DNA of 64,000 bases, taken from positions 862,232 to 926,231 of the forward strand of contig JALGYY010000017.1 of assembly GCA_025782575.1 (NCBI GenBank), given 5' to 3'. This stretch comes from a bacterium. GTDB taxonomy: Bacteria; Orphanbacterota; Orphanbacteria; Orphanbacterales; Orphanbacteraceae. The translations under genes and the position numbers were made by a program. The notes beneath the pieces were generated by a model. It saw nothing but the letters and a program-made list of their open reading frames with translations, made no database searches and was not told the origin of the DNA. The stretch's first letter is position 1. Every line of letters begins with the position of its first letter. Below, piece by piece: positions 55,115 through 64,000 of this stretch.

Positions 55115-55201
55115 TAGACTGGATGGGTCCCGAGCAACCCGACTTGAGAAGGCCCGCCCTTTCCGGACGGCGTCCATTGATAGAAGAGGAGTCGAACGAC
55201 G

Positions 55202-56710
55202 ATGAGAGATTTTCTGAGGAGACTGGGTATCGAAGATGTGAATCCGGGCGCCACATGCGGCGAGTGGTTCAGTTCAGGCGAGGAGCTCGCGAGCTACTGC
55301 CCGACGGACGGCGGGTTGATCGCCAAAGTACGCCAGGCGACTGAAGAGGATTACGACCGGGTGGTAGCGAAATCCGCGGAAGTGTTCAAGACCTGGCGCA
55401 ATGTGCCCGCCCCGGCCCGCGGCGAAATCGTCCGACAACTGGGCCTCAAGATGAGAGACCATAAGAAGGATCTCGGGAGGCTCGTTGCCTATGAAATGGG
55501 CAAAGTCATCAGCGAGGGTGAAGGGGAGATCCAGGAGGCGATCGACATCGCCGATTTCGCAGTCGGCCTGTCACGCCAGCTCTACGGACTTACCATGCAT
55601 TCCGAACGACCGGGCCATAGAATGTACGAGCAGTGGCATCCACTCGGAATCATCGGCATTGTAACGGCGTTCAACTTCCCGGCCGCAGTCTGGGCGTGGA
55701 ACTCGATGATCGCCGCCGTCTGCGGCGACACGATGATCTGGAAACCGTCATCCAAAGTTCCATTGACGGCGATCGCCATGCAGAAACTCGCCAACGACGT
55801 CTTCGCAGACAACGGTTACGAGGGTGTGATGAACCTGGTAATCGGGCGGGGCTCGTCAGTCGGCGAACGCATGCTTCATGATCGAAACATTCCGCTCATC
55901 TCCGCGACCGGCTCGTGCCGCATGGGCCGCCGGATCGGCGAGGTGGTTTCGCAGCGACTCGGCCGCACACTTCTCGAACTGGGCGGTAACAATGCAATCG
56001 TAGTCGCCGAGGACGCCGATCTCCGACTCGCCCTTCCGGCTGTTGTATTCGGTGCCGTCGGGACAGCCGGACAGCGCTGCACCAGCACGCGGCGGCTCTT
56101 TATCGAGAAGTCGATATTCGGTTCTCTGACGGAGAAGCTGGTCACCGCATACAAGTCCATCCGTATCGGCGATCCGCTTGAAGAGGAGACCCACATGGGG
56201 CCCTTGATCGATGACGGCGCCGTGCAGGAGATGATGGACGCCATCGAAGCGGCAAAGAAAGAGGGGGGCGAGGTTCTCTGCGGCGGCGGAAAGGTCGACC
56301 GCCCGGGATCGTTCGTCGAACCGACCATTATCAAAGCCCATCCGGACATGAAAATCGTTCGCGATGAGACTTTCGCACCCATTCTCTACGTGTTTGAAGT
56401 AGATGATGTGGAGCAGGCGATCGAGATGCAGAACAGTGTGGACCAGGGCCTCTCATCGGCGATCTTCACGACTAACGTCATGAGCGCCGAGACATTTTTG
56501 TCGGCACGGGGTTCGGACTGCGGGATCGCCAATGTCAACATCGGCACGAGCGGTGCCGAGATCGGCGGCGCATTCGGCGGCGAGAAGGACACCGGCGGCG
56601 GTCGCGAGGCAGGCTCCGATTCCTGGAAGACCTATATGCGGAGGCAGACCTGCACCATCAACTGGTCAAAGGATCTCCCCCTCGCACAGGGAGTGAAGTT
56701 CGACATCTAG
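55202..56710 (+). CDS. Aldehyde dehydrogenase, ALDH7-like (alpha-aminoadipic / piperideine-6-carboxylate semialdehyde dehydrogenase type)
   Basis: The N-terminus FLRRLGIEDVNPGA..GEW and the motifs ELGGNNAIVV, GTAGQRCTSTRRL and EPTII fit the ALDH7 family pattern. Confidence 0.85.
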   Translation: MRDFLRRLGIEDVNPGATCGEWFSSGEELASYCPTDGGLIAKVRQATEEDYDRVVAKSAEVFKTWRNVPAPARGEIVRQLGLKMRDHKKDLGRLVAYEMGKVISEGEGEIQEAIDIADFAVGLSRQLYGLTMHSERPGHRMYEQWHPLGIIGIVTAFNFPAAVWAWNSMIAAVCGDTMIWKPSSKVPLTAIAMQKLANDVFADNGYEGVMNLVIGRGSSVGERMLHDRNIPLISATGSCRMGRRIGEVVSQRLGRTLLELGGNNAIVVAEDADLRLALPAVVFGAVGTAGQRCTSTRRLFIEKSIFGSLTEKLVTAYKSIRIGDPLEEETHMGPLIDDGAVQEMMDAIEAAKKEGGEVLCGGGKVDRPGSFVEPTIIKAHPDMKIVRDETFAPILYVFEVDDVEQAIEMQNSVDQGLSSAIFTTNVMSAETFLSARGSDCGIANVNIGTSGAEIGGAFGGEKDTGGGREAGSDSWKTYMRRQTCTINWSKDLPLAQGVKFDI

Positions 56711-56876
56711 TCAGGTGGAGCTCCCGGACGAAACTACAGGGGGTTAACATCTGAATACTCGAGATTGTGATACTCCTTTACGACCATACGTATTTCATGC
56801 TAGTATATGTATGCTTATATTATGTTGATTCAGACAGTATTCCTCCATGCAAATAAAGGGAATTGTGTTGAGCAGC

Positions 56877-57971
56877 ATGAGGAGTTACCATTTCAGCTCG
56901 CGTCGGAAAAGCCGCATCGGCCTCGCAGTCCTTGTCGGCGTCGGGCTGCTCGGACAGGCCTGCAATAACCACAACCCTATCTCGGTACAGAATATCCCCC
57001 TTCCGGAAGAGAACATGAGTGCGGGACACCAGAACCGATCGGAACAGGTGTCGGCTGCCCTGCCAAGTTTTGTTCTGGTGCCTGCGGGCACATTCATGAT
57101 GGGAGACGGGGTGAGCTACTGCGGCGGAGACGAGCATCTGGTTACACTCACTCGTGATTTCTACCTCGGCCAATATGAGACCACGAACATCGAATTTCTG
57201 GAAGCGGCCCAATGGGCGTATGACAATGGCTATGTGACCATCGACTCAATCGATCTGCTGGACGCTCTGGACGGAAGCACTACCCTCCTTCTGGAGCTTT
57301 CGGACAAGGATTGTGAAATTCAGTTCAACAATGGAATATTCAGCTTGCGGGATGCCGGTCATGGGATCAATCCGAACCACCCGGTAATCGAATCCTCATG
57401 GTACGGGTCGGTAGCATACTGCGATTGGCTGAGCATGCAGAACGGTTTGCCACGTGCGTACGATCATGCAAATTGGGAGTGCAATGGGGGGGATCCATAT
57501 GGCGCAGTAGGATACCGCCTTCCAACATCAGCTGAGTGGGAGTACGCGGCCCGGTTCGGGGACGACAGAATTTATCCATGGGGGAACGAAGAGCCCGTGT
57601 GTAGTCTTGCCAATTTCCTTGATGATCTTAACTACTGTGTCAGCTGGACGTCTCCGGTGGGAAGCTATCCCGGAGGTCCTTTCATAAACGGCGTGCCGCT
57701 CTATGACATGGCTGGAAATGTCTGGGAGAAGTGCAACGACCGGTGGGAGTGCGACCTGGGAACTTCTCCTCAAACAGATCCCGTAGGACCCGCCGTGGGC
57801 ATTTATCGAGTCGCCAAAGGCGGTTCATGGCTCCGCCCTCTCTGGGCTCTGAGGTGTGCAGCCCGTTTTGACCGTCCTCCCGGCGGCACCCATCCACCTC
57901 ACGGGTTTCGAATCGCCAGAACAGACCTCACTCCCGTCGGCGTGCCGGGGATCGGGAACGTTCAGCCCTAG
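56877..57971 (+). CDS. Formylglycine-generating-enzyme (FGE/SUMF1, C-type-lectin-fold) family exported protein
   Basis: FVLVPAGTFMMGDG, NHPVIESSWYGSVAYCDWLS, GYRLPTSAEWEYAAR, YDMAGNVWEKCND and RVAKGGSW...HGFRIAR. The signal peptide starts at ATG 56877 (the ORF track starts at 56847). Confidence 0.8.
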   Translation: MRSYHFSSRRKSRIGLAVLVGVGLLGQACNNHNPISVQNIPLPEENMSAGHQNRSEQVSAALPSFVLVPAGTFMMGDGVSYCGGDEHLVTLTRDFYLGQYETTNIEFLEAAQWAYDNGYVTIDSIDLLDALDGSTTLLLELSDKDCEIQFNNGIFSLRDAGHGINPNHPVIESSWYGSVAYCDWLSMQNGLPRAYDHANWECNGGDPYGAVGYRLPTSAEWEYAARFGDDRIYPWGNEEPVCSLANFLDDLNYCVSWTSPVGSYPGGPFINGVPLYDMAGNVWEKCNDRWECDLGTSPQTDPVGPAVGIYRVAKGGSWLRPLWALRCAARFDRPPGGTHPPHGFRIARTDLTPVGVPGIGNVQP

Positions 57972-57998
57972 TTTCCGAGCCCCAATCGAATCTACCTC

Positions 57999-58037
57999 GG
58001 CCTGCCGCACCGCGCGGCGGGCCTTCTTCTCTTTTCC
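57999..58037 (+). terminator. Rho-independent terminator after the FGE-family gene
   Basis: GGCCTGCCGC-ACCGC-GCGGCGGGCC is a 10-bp stem with one G-U pair, followed by TTCTTCTCTTTTCC. Confidence 0.6.
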
Positions 58038-58091
58038 ATGAAGAAATCACCCCCTTGTTCGTTCTACTCTGTGGAAAAGCGAGGTTGACCG

Positions 58092-58646
58092 ATGACCGCA
58101 AGATTCCAGGACAATCGGATCGACGAAGACCTGATGGCCGGGGCAGCCGGGGGAAGTCGGGAGGACTTCTCGGAGCTCGTACACCGGTGGCATGGCAAGG
58201 TTCTCGGTTGGATCGGTTCCCGGCTCGGCGATCGAGAGACCGCCCGTGACTTGACTCAGGATTGCTTCTTGAAGCTCTTCAGGAGCGCTCCCTCCTACCA
58301 GGTTCAATCACGCTTCTCCACTTACCTGTTTACGATCGCGAGACGGCTCGTGATCGATGAGACAAGGCGGCGGACGATGAAGTTCGTGCCGCTGGTCGGC
58401 GAGAAACCGGCACCGGGACCGCGGCCCGACGCCGTGTTTGATGAGAAGGATCGAAGAAACCGCCTGCGTAGTGCCATTGACGGCCTGCCCGACCAGGAGC
58501 GACAGGTACTTCAGCTCAGCGAATTCGGCGGCTTACGTTACCGGGAGATCGCCGAGCTGGTCGGTTGTCCCGAAGGGACAGTGGCGTCTAGGAAGAACCG
58601 GGCCATGCGGATGCTCCGCGAGGCGCTGAAGGGATTGGAACGATGA
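58092..58646 (+). CDS. ECF (group 4) RNA polymerase sigma factor
   Basis: Region 2 is FSELVHRWHGKVLGWI...ARDLTQDCFLKLF...FSTYLFTIARRLVIDETRRR. Region 4 is LPDQERQVLQLSEFGGLRYREIAELVGCPEGTVASRKNRA. Confidence 0.9.
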   Translation: MTARFQDNRIDEDLMAGAAGGSREDFSELVHRWHGKVLGWIGSRLGDRETARDLTQDCFLKLFRSAPSYQVQSRFSTYLFTIARRLVIDETRRRTMKFVPLVGEKPAPGPRPDAVFDEKDRRNRLRSAIDGLPDQERQVLQLSEFGGLRYREIAELVGCPEGTVASRKNRAMRMLREALKGLER

Positions 58647-59068
58647 GCAAAAACATTGAGGACATCCGGGCGAAGATCATGGCCTGCATGGATGGGGAAC
58701 TGGGTGGAGAGGAGCGCGAAGCTGTGCTCCGATCGATTCGGGAAGAGGAGCTCTGGCGGACTGAGGCCCAGGAGATCGAGACGCTGAAGAGTGAGCTGGC
58801 TGACCTTCGAGTCGGACCGGATGCCGCTGCCGAGCGGAACGTAATTGAAGCGGCCGGCCGAGGTCCCCGCGTCCGCCGGCATCGTGCGTGGAAACGACCG
58901 ATGGCGCTCGCAGCCGCCACACTCCTCGGCGCGATCCTGATCGGCCGCATGATCTCGACCGGCCCCACGCTCCAGTCCCATACCGTACTGACCTACGCCG
59001 AATATGTGGCGGAGATCAAGAACGAAGAGCCCGGTCTCGTCTCACTAACGATTGAAAGGCCCTACTGA
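58643..59068 (+). CDS. Putative anti-sigma factor (single-pass membrane protein)
   Basis: The ATG overlaps the sigma-factor stop (ATGA). The N-terminal segment ...IMACMDGELGGEEREAV resembles an anti-sigma N-domain. One TM segment is present (MALAAATLLGAILIGRMI). Confidence 0.6.
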   Translation: MSKNIEDIRAKIMACMDGELGGEEREAVLRSIREEELWRTEAQEIETLKSELADLRVGPDAAAERNVIEAAGRGPRVRRHRAWKRPMALAAATLLGAILIGRMISTGPTLQSHTVLTYAEYVAEIKNEEPGLVSLTIERPY

Positions 59069-59082
59069 TTAGGAGATTCATC

Positions 59083-59883
59083 ATGAATACGAATCGAGAA
59101 GAATGGAAAACCAACCGCAACCGAACCGTCACCGTTCTGCCCGCCATCCTGATCCTGGCTGCCTGTCTGGCCGGCGGCTCTTTCGCCGAAACCACACATC
59201 AGGTGGTGCTCGAAAACGGCAGGGAGATCGAGGCGTTGATCATTCCATCTTCGGACTGTGCCCTTCTCATGGTGAGCGGCGATGAATTCGTGGATGTTCC
59301 GATCGGCAGCATACGGAGTATTGACGGAGAAGATCGTCTCTCCCCCGCTCTTTTCGCAGGAGCCCCCCTTCTCCGCAATGAAACTTTTGAGGAACTGTTG
59401 CCGAACGGCGATCTGCTGCTCCACTCCTCATTCCTGAAACGAAATTCGGGGAGCGATGTCATCCGGAGCATTGACTGGGGCATTGCGCCTCACGAAGAGA
59501 AACTTCTGGATGACTGGCACGTATTCGACGACCTCGGAAACGATCTGCCGCTGCAGATTGAAGAGAGGGGTGGGAAAAAGCGCGTCCATGTCGACTTCGT
59601 CAAGCCCATCCTGCCCGGTGATACGGTGCGATACACTTCCCGCATCCGATTCGTCGATCACCTGCACAAAAGTGACGGCACATTTACCTACCGGCATGTG
59701 GGCGACTTCCCTGAGGATCGTCTGGTCACGCGCATGATCAGGTTGCCTGCCGGGGCGAATGTCGGCCATATCTCCCCCGAGCCGGTCCACCAGCTCGAGA
59801 TCGACGGCACCACTGTGATCGTCTGGCGGCGATACTACAAGAAGGGGGAGCAGTTTCCCTTTGAGGTTTCCTACAAACTCTAA
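59083..59883 (+). CDS. Hypothetical exported protein (third gene of the ECF module)
   Basis: AGGAGA RBS and signal peptide ...VLPAILILAACLAGGSFA. No domain recognised. Confidence 0.5.
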   Translation: MNTNREEWKTNRNRTVTVLPAILILAACLAGGSFAETTHQVVLENGREIEALIIPSSDCALLMVSGDEFVDVPIGSIRSIDGEDRLSPALFAGAPLLRNETFEELLPNGDLLLHSSFLKRNSGSDVIRSIDWGIAPHEEKLLDDWHVFDDLGNDLPLQIEERGGKKRVHVDFVKPILPGDTVRYTSRIRFVDHLHKSDGTFTYRHVGDFPEDRLVTRMIRLPAGANVGHISPEPVHQLEIDGTTVIVWRRYYKKGEQFPFEVSYKL

Positions 59884-59953
59884 CGGGCAATGGCGGGGGG
59901 ATCGCCCCCCGCCCTATTGACTTACCTACCTCCCCCTCCTACTCTCTCCTCCC

Positions 59954-61381
59954 ATGAGCGAAGGAACGCGGCTCACGCGAAACGTATTTTTCAGCGCCGC
60001 TACCTATTCCTCCAGTTTCGTTATCTTCTTTCTATTCGTGCTGGCCGCCCGCTTGCTCGGAAGCGAGTCGTACGGCCGTTTCGCCTACGCTTTCACGCTG
60101 GTTCAGCTCTTCACCCAGCTCACCGGTTATTCCATGCAGAACAGGGCTGTAATCGAAATCGCCCGCGACCGGTCCCGTCTCGCCCCCGTATTCGGCAATT
60201 TGTTGTCGATTCAATTTCTGTTTTCCGTCGGCACATACGCCCTGATCGTGCTCACGGCATTCCTGATCGAACCGAGGCAGGAAGTCCGTCTTCTCATTCT
60301 TGTACTCGGCGTAGCGATGATCGCCCGCAGCTTCAAGGTATCACTTCGTTTTCTGCTGAAAGGTCTGGAGCGGTTCGACCTCGAAACGTTCATGGTGGCC
60401 GGGGGTCAGGCGTTGCTCCTCGTGGTTGGTACGTCCGCCCTGCTTATGAAGAGGGACGTGCTCATCTTCGCGACCGCCCTCGCCGGCATTCGCATTCTCG
60501 ATCTGATCGCATCCTATCTCTGGGTCGGCCGTCACGTGGATGGCGCCCGGCCCCGATTCGACTTCGACCGGTGGGGATCACTCACCAGAACCGGCCTCCA
60601 CTATGCCGCTGTGATATTGCTTGCTGATCTTCACTTCCGCGCCGGAACCGTGCTTCTCGGTCACATGAGAAGCGATGCAGAGGTAGGGTGGTTCAACGCC
60701 GCTTTTCGTTTGATCGAAGCGTTCGACGTCTTCTCGCTCGTACTCGGCTTTACTCTCCTCCCCACACTCTCCGCTGCATTCATCCGTTCGAAGGACCGAT
60801 TCATCGAACTCTATCGTCGAGGAATCAAGTACCTACTCATGGCCGGCGGTTTCTTTTTCGTTTACTTGAGTTTTGCAGGACCGGCAGTGGTCGATGTCGT
60901 CTTCGGCTCAGGCTACGAAGAAGCGGGGCCCGTTCTCCGATTGCTGGCAATCGGCCTTTTCCCGATGATCGCGATCCGGCTCTCGAGCAATGCTCTCTTT
61001 GCCGTTGACCGGCCGCGCGCGGCACTCGCATGCCACTTCGTCGCCCTCATCGCCCACCTGGCCCTTGCCGCTCTGCTCATTCCGGCCTGGGGGATCGCCG
61101 GGATCGCCATGACTCTCGTGATCACACAGGCTTTTCTGTTTATTTCAATGAACACGATACTTCATGTAAAAGGCTTTGGAATGGATTGGATCGGGAGCTA
61201 TTGGCGGCTCGGTCTTGCGCTCATCCCCGTCGTGGCGGGTGCCTGGTTTACGAGAGAGTGGACCCCGTTTTTCTCGTTTCCGGTTTGCGCGGTCCTCTAT
61301 CTGGCCGCCATCTTTGTCGTCGGCGTCCTGGACGGGCGAGAGAAACAGGTGATCGCCGAGCTACGAAATAAGCTGGGTTAA
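59954..61381 (+). CDS. Oligo/polysaccharide flippase (Wzx / MOP-superfamily)
   Basis: 475 aa with about 12-14 TM segments. The N-terminus NVFFSAATYSSSFVIFFLFVLAARLLGSESYGRFAYAF is typical of polysaccharide-biosynthesis (Wzx-like) proteins. Confidence 0.75.
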   Translation: MSEGTRLTRNVFFSAATYSSSFVIFFLFVLAARLLGSESYGRFAYAFTLVQLFTQLTGYSMQNRAVIEIARDRSRLAPVFGNLLSIQFLFSVGTYALIVLTAFLIEPRQEVRLLILVLGVAMIARSFKVSLRFLLKGLERFDLETFMVAGGQALLLVVGTSALLMKRDVLIFATALAGIRILDLIASYLWVGRHVDGARPRFDFDRWGSLTRTGLHYAAVILLADLHFRAGTVLLGHMRSDAEVGWFNAAFRLIEAFDVFSLVLGFTLLPTLSAAFIRSKDRFIELYRRGIKYLLMAGGFFFVYLSFAGPAVVDVVFGSGYEEAGPVLRLLAIGLFPMIAIRLSSNALFAVDRPRAALACHFVALIAHLALAALLIPAWGIAGIAMTLVITQAFLFISMNTILHVKGFGMDWIGSYWRLGLALIPVVAGAWFTREWTPFFSFPVCAVLYLAAIFVVGVLDGREKQVIAELRNKLG

Positions 61382-61391
61382 CCCGGACTCC

Positions 61392-63611
61392 TCAGATTCG
61401 AAAGAGATTCGAACCGAGCAGCTTTTGAATCAGGGCCGGCGTCATCCCGTCCTGATCTTCCAGCTCCTCGATGAACCGAACAACATCTTTCTCGCCGTCG
61501 TCGTTGATCCAGGGCATGAGATCGATGTGAACTCGCCAGCTTCCCAGTTCCCGGACGATCGAAGCTATCTCTGCGGGATCAACGCGCTCATCCAGGCTCA
61601 TGATGAAGAGTGATGTTTTCACCGGATAGAGTTCGGGGTCTTTGATCGTTTCTCCCCTCGTCGGAAAGAATCGGACGTAAATCTTCCCTCCTTCCGGTAG
61701 AAGGGGAATCCAGGCCGTGTCGGCCGGTACGAGCAGCGCCACTTCCTCTCCGGTGATCTTTCCGAAGAACTCCAGCTCCTCGGCGAGGCGGGCCGAATCT
61801 CCTTTGCTCGGCTCGAAGCGGGGCCACCGGGCGAGTGCGACGCCGAATCGATTGAGGAGCGGAATCCGGTCCTCTGCGAAGTCCTCCAGATTTTTGGCCT
61901 CGATACCGACCAGGATCGCTCTTTTGCCCTTCCCGGCAAGGCCGGGCACCTCTTTCAGGGAATTGACAAGGCCGGGCGCCGTAGGATCGTCAGCACCGTC
62001 CGAATCAATTTCTGCGATGTCGAGTGCGAATCGGTCTTTCCCGAATCGTTTCGCTTCACACCACAGGACGCTCCCCGCTTGGTAGCGTTTAGCGTCCTTG
62101 TCGACAGTCTTGTCGAAGTCGATCTGAAGAGCGCCGTTCAGTCTCGTCCGTCCCAGCCGGTTCTCTACGAGAAGAGGCTCATCCCAGTTCGCCAGAAACC
62201 CGACAAACGATTCCGCCCGGGAACCGACCGAGCCGAGGGCATCCGCGCTGATCCAGTTCCCGTCATCTTCGAACAGATGGTAGAAACGATGGGTCCCCTT
62301 GCTCCAGAAACTCACGACAGGAACGCCCTTCTCCCTAAACGGCGCGTGATCACTCGACGATCCTCCCCACGCCCGGCCGATGTCCAGACTGTCCCTCGAG
62401 TCATCGGAGAGGCTCTCGAGGTACGCCTCCCAGAGTCCGGGGAAATTCTCCCCCCCACCGATACCGGCCCCTTCATCCCCATGACCGACCATGTCAAGGT
62501 TGAACATGGCGGCCACATCCGCCAGTTCCATCGTAGGATTTTCTGCGAAATATTCGGAGCCGAGCAGCCCCTGCTCTTCGGCGGCAAACATCATGAAGAG
62601 AATGCTTCTCTTCGGGCGATTCGAAGATGAGGCGAAACTTCGGGCCAGCTCCAGAACCACTCCGGTACCGGAGCCATTGTCGTTCGCGCCATTATAAATG
62701 CGACCGTTACCATCTACCCCCACGTGATCCATATGGCCACCGACGACGATTACTTCGCTGGAAAGAACGGGGTCTGATCCAGGGATCAGGCCGAGCACGT
62801 TTCGAGCGGAGCCCTCCGGAATGAGCGACACTTCGGCATGGAAACGCAAATGCCTGCCGGTCGTCAGAGGAACCGGTCCATCTTTCAGCTCCTTTCGATA
62901 CCGGGCGAGATCGTAACCTGTATCCCGCAGAATATGATGGGCTACACGCTCCCCGATGTACGCCATCGGGATCTCATCGTCATAAACGCCGGTGTGGATC
63001 GCCGCCCCGGCAAGAACCGCCGATTTCCGGAGCCAGAGGATGCCGGCCGCCCCGCGGTTGAGTGCTATTTTGAGGGTCGAGTCCCGGCTCGAGTACTCGC
63101 TCCAGTCATAACCGTCGTCCGGCGAACCCCGAACAATCATCACGATCTTTCCCGTCACGTCGAGATCGCCGTAATCATCCCTTCCCCACTCTTCGCTCAC
63201 CAGGCCGTGTCCTACGAGAACAACCTCGGCCGTAATGTCGGCGCTGCCCGAATTGGTAATCAAAGTAAAATCATCGGCAAGTACGAACTTCACCGGCGCG
63301 AACGGGCCGTCCACCAATTCGAGTTCGGCCCTCTTCTCTTCAGTCACGAGAAATGGAAATTTCTGAAAGTAGGTGCCGTCGACTCCGGCGGGTTGAAGCC
63401 CGCATGATTCAAACTGGGAGGCGACGTATTCTTCGATCATCACACCACCGGTAAGGCCTGACTTCCGTCCCTCGAACTCATCCCCGGCGATATGGTTCAC
63501 ATGTTCGTAGGCCCTATTCTTGTCGAAAGCGCCGGCAGGAGTGACGGCCACCGGAGTCAGACCGATCAGAAACAAAAAGCCGAATGCCGCTGTCTGGGAG
63601 GTGATCGCCAT
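61392..63611 (-). CDS. M28-family metallopeptidase with a PA domain and a long C-terminal extension
   Basis: Start at ATG 63611 (AAGGAGC RBS) with a signal peptide. M28 motifs are VVGGHMDHVG, NDNGSGTGVVLELAR, FAAEEQGLLGSEYF, MFNLDMVGHG and SDHAPF. Confidence 0.85.
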   Translation of the reverse strand: MAITSQTAAFGFLFLIGLTPVAVTPAGAFDKNRAYEHVNHIAGDEFEGRKSGLTGGVMIEEYVASQFESCGLQPAGVDGTYFQKFPFLVTEEKRAELELVDGPFAPVKFVLADDFTLITNSGSADITAEVVLVGHGLVSEEWGRDDYGDLDVTGKIVMIVRGSPDDGYDWSEYSSRDSTLKIALNRGAAGILWLRKSAVLAGAAIHTGVYDDEIPMAYIGERVAHHILRDTGYDLARYRKELKDGPVPLTTGRHLRFHAEVSLIPEGSARNVLGLIPGSDPVLSSEVIVVGGHMDHVGVDGNGRIYNGANDNGSGTGVVLELARSFASSSNRPKRSILFMMFAAEEQGLLGSEYFAENPTMELADVAAMFNLDMVGHGDEGAGIGGGENFPGLWEAYLESLSDDSRDSLDIGRAWGGSSSDHAPFREKGVPVVSFWSKGTHRFYHLFEDDGNWISADALGSVGSRAESFVGFLANWDEPLLVENRLGRTRLNGALQIDFDKTVDKDAKRYQAGSVLWCEAKRFGKDRFALDIAEIDSDGADDPTAPGLVNSLKEVPGLAGKGKRAILVGIEAKNLEDFAEDRIPLLNRFGVALARWPRFEPSKGDSARLAEELEFFGKITGEEVALLVPADTAWIPLLPEGGKIYVRFFPTRGETIKDPELYPVKTSLFIMSLDERVDPAEIASIVRELGSWRVHIDLMPWINDDGEKDVVRFIEELEDQDGMTPALIQKLLGSNLFRI

Positions 63612-63749
63612 GGGGAATGCTCCTTTCCTTTCACTGGTTCCACTAACGATATACGCTCCCCCCGCATTCCTGTAAAGCCTTTTCCCGTGTGGAGTTGCAG
63701 GCATGGAATTCATCAGGAACGGGGGCTCCCCCTCGGCTATACTGGCAGA

Positions 63750-64000
63750 ATGGAATCCAGACGATTCATTCTCGAGGGGTCGATTGCGGGAGCATTGTTC
63801 CGCCTTGGCTGGCCGGTCATGCTCTCCTTCCTTGTCTACAGCGGCTTCACTCTGGTAGACGCCATCTTCATCGGACGGCTTGGCCCATCGGCGCTCGCGG
63901 CGAGCGGACCGGCCCAGTTCGCATCGTGGCTTCTGATCGCGGTCGGCGAGGTGATCGGTGTCGGGACAGCGGCTGTGATCGCCCGTCGAGTCGGCGCCGG
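63750..64000 (+). CDS. MATE-family efflux transporter (3' end outside window)
   Basis: The frame is open from ATG 63750 to the window edge. The translation MESRRFILEGSIAGALFRLGWPVMLSFLVYSGFTLVDAIFIGRLGPSALAASG fits the MATE N-terminal pattern (P.....L......VD..F.G.LG...LAA). Confidence 0.6.
   Translation, partial: MESRRFILEGSIAGALFRLGWPVMLSFLVYSGFTLVDAIFIGRLGPSALAASGPAQFASWLLIAVGEVIGVGTAAVIARRVGA

Noticed and set aside
54167-55177. 336-aa ORF on the - strand
   Set aside because: It is antisense to the ZnuB-like permease. The predicted protein is hydrophilic and Arg/Glu/Pro-rich with no features. The same reasoning applies to 11340-12083 (-), 27324-27992 (-), 51128-51781 (-), 49492-50220 (-) and 59890-60627 (+).
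56877-57971. Diversity-generating retroelement target (FGE/C-type-lectin fold with a possible variable C-terminus ...GGSWLRPLWALRCAARFDRPPGGTHPPHGFR)
   Set aside because: No reverse transcriptase, Avd-like gene or template-repeat copy of the 3' end appears anywhere in the window. The downstream sequence is a plain terminator followed by an ECF sigma operon.

Overview
GC-rich 64-kb chromosomal segment from a diderm bacterium (OmpA-like module, several beta-barrel OMPs, lipoproteins, a sigma-54 activator). Taxonomy cannot be fixed from the sequence alone. All domain calls come from motifs read by eye in the supplied translations; no HMM or BLAST search was run. I support about 50 protein-coding genes. 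I found no rRNA, tRNA, CRISPR array, transposase, integrase or reverse transcriptase. Ordinary content: cysS, aroC, ETF-ubiquinone oxidoreductase, P5C dehydrogenase, an ALDH7-type dehydrogenase, a nucleoside phosphorylase, isochorismatase, YigZ, M50 and M28 peptidases, a ZnuA/ZnuB-like metal importer, an ECF sigma/anti-sigma pair, a group-2/3 sigma-70 factor with a MerR regulator, and a scattered envelope-glycan set (DUF2723 protein, GT39-like protein, two sulfatase-fold proteins, Wzx-like flippase, carbamoyltransferase plus SxtJ-like protein, FGE-fold lipoprotein). The stand-out region is 12.8-26.4 kb. It holds a tightly coupled minus-strand operon: two small secreted DUF11-like subunits, a 1812-aa outer-membrane protein (DUF11, Cna-B-like, OmpA-like and Ig-like domains, then a C-terminal beta-barrel of about 870 aa), a membrane-anchored FecR/Ig-like protein, and a periplasmic-sensing histidine kinase. 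Convergent with it is a 1203-aa DUF2341/LamG/beta-helix adhesin whose last ~135 aa resemble the two small subunits. I read this as a candidate undescribed surface-fibre/adhesin assembly system with chaperone-usher-like logic but without recognisable parts of any known pilus or secretion machinery. Secondary leads: a TPR-GAF sigma-54 activator co-transcribed with a small exported Gly-rich protein; a 221-bp nested palindrome between cysS and the DUF2723 gene; a low-GC islet with an HNH endonuclease and a secreted protein ending in WGGVKGLFR; a metal-uptake cluster with no ATPase gene; and two apparent pseudoenzymes.
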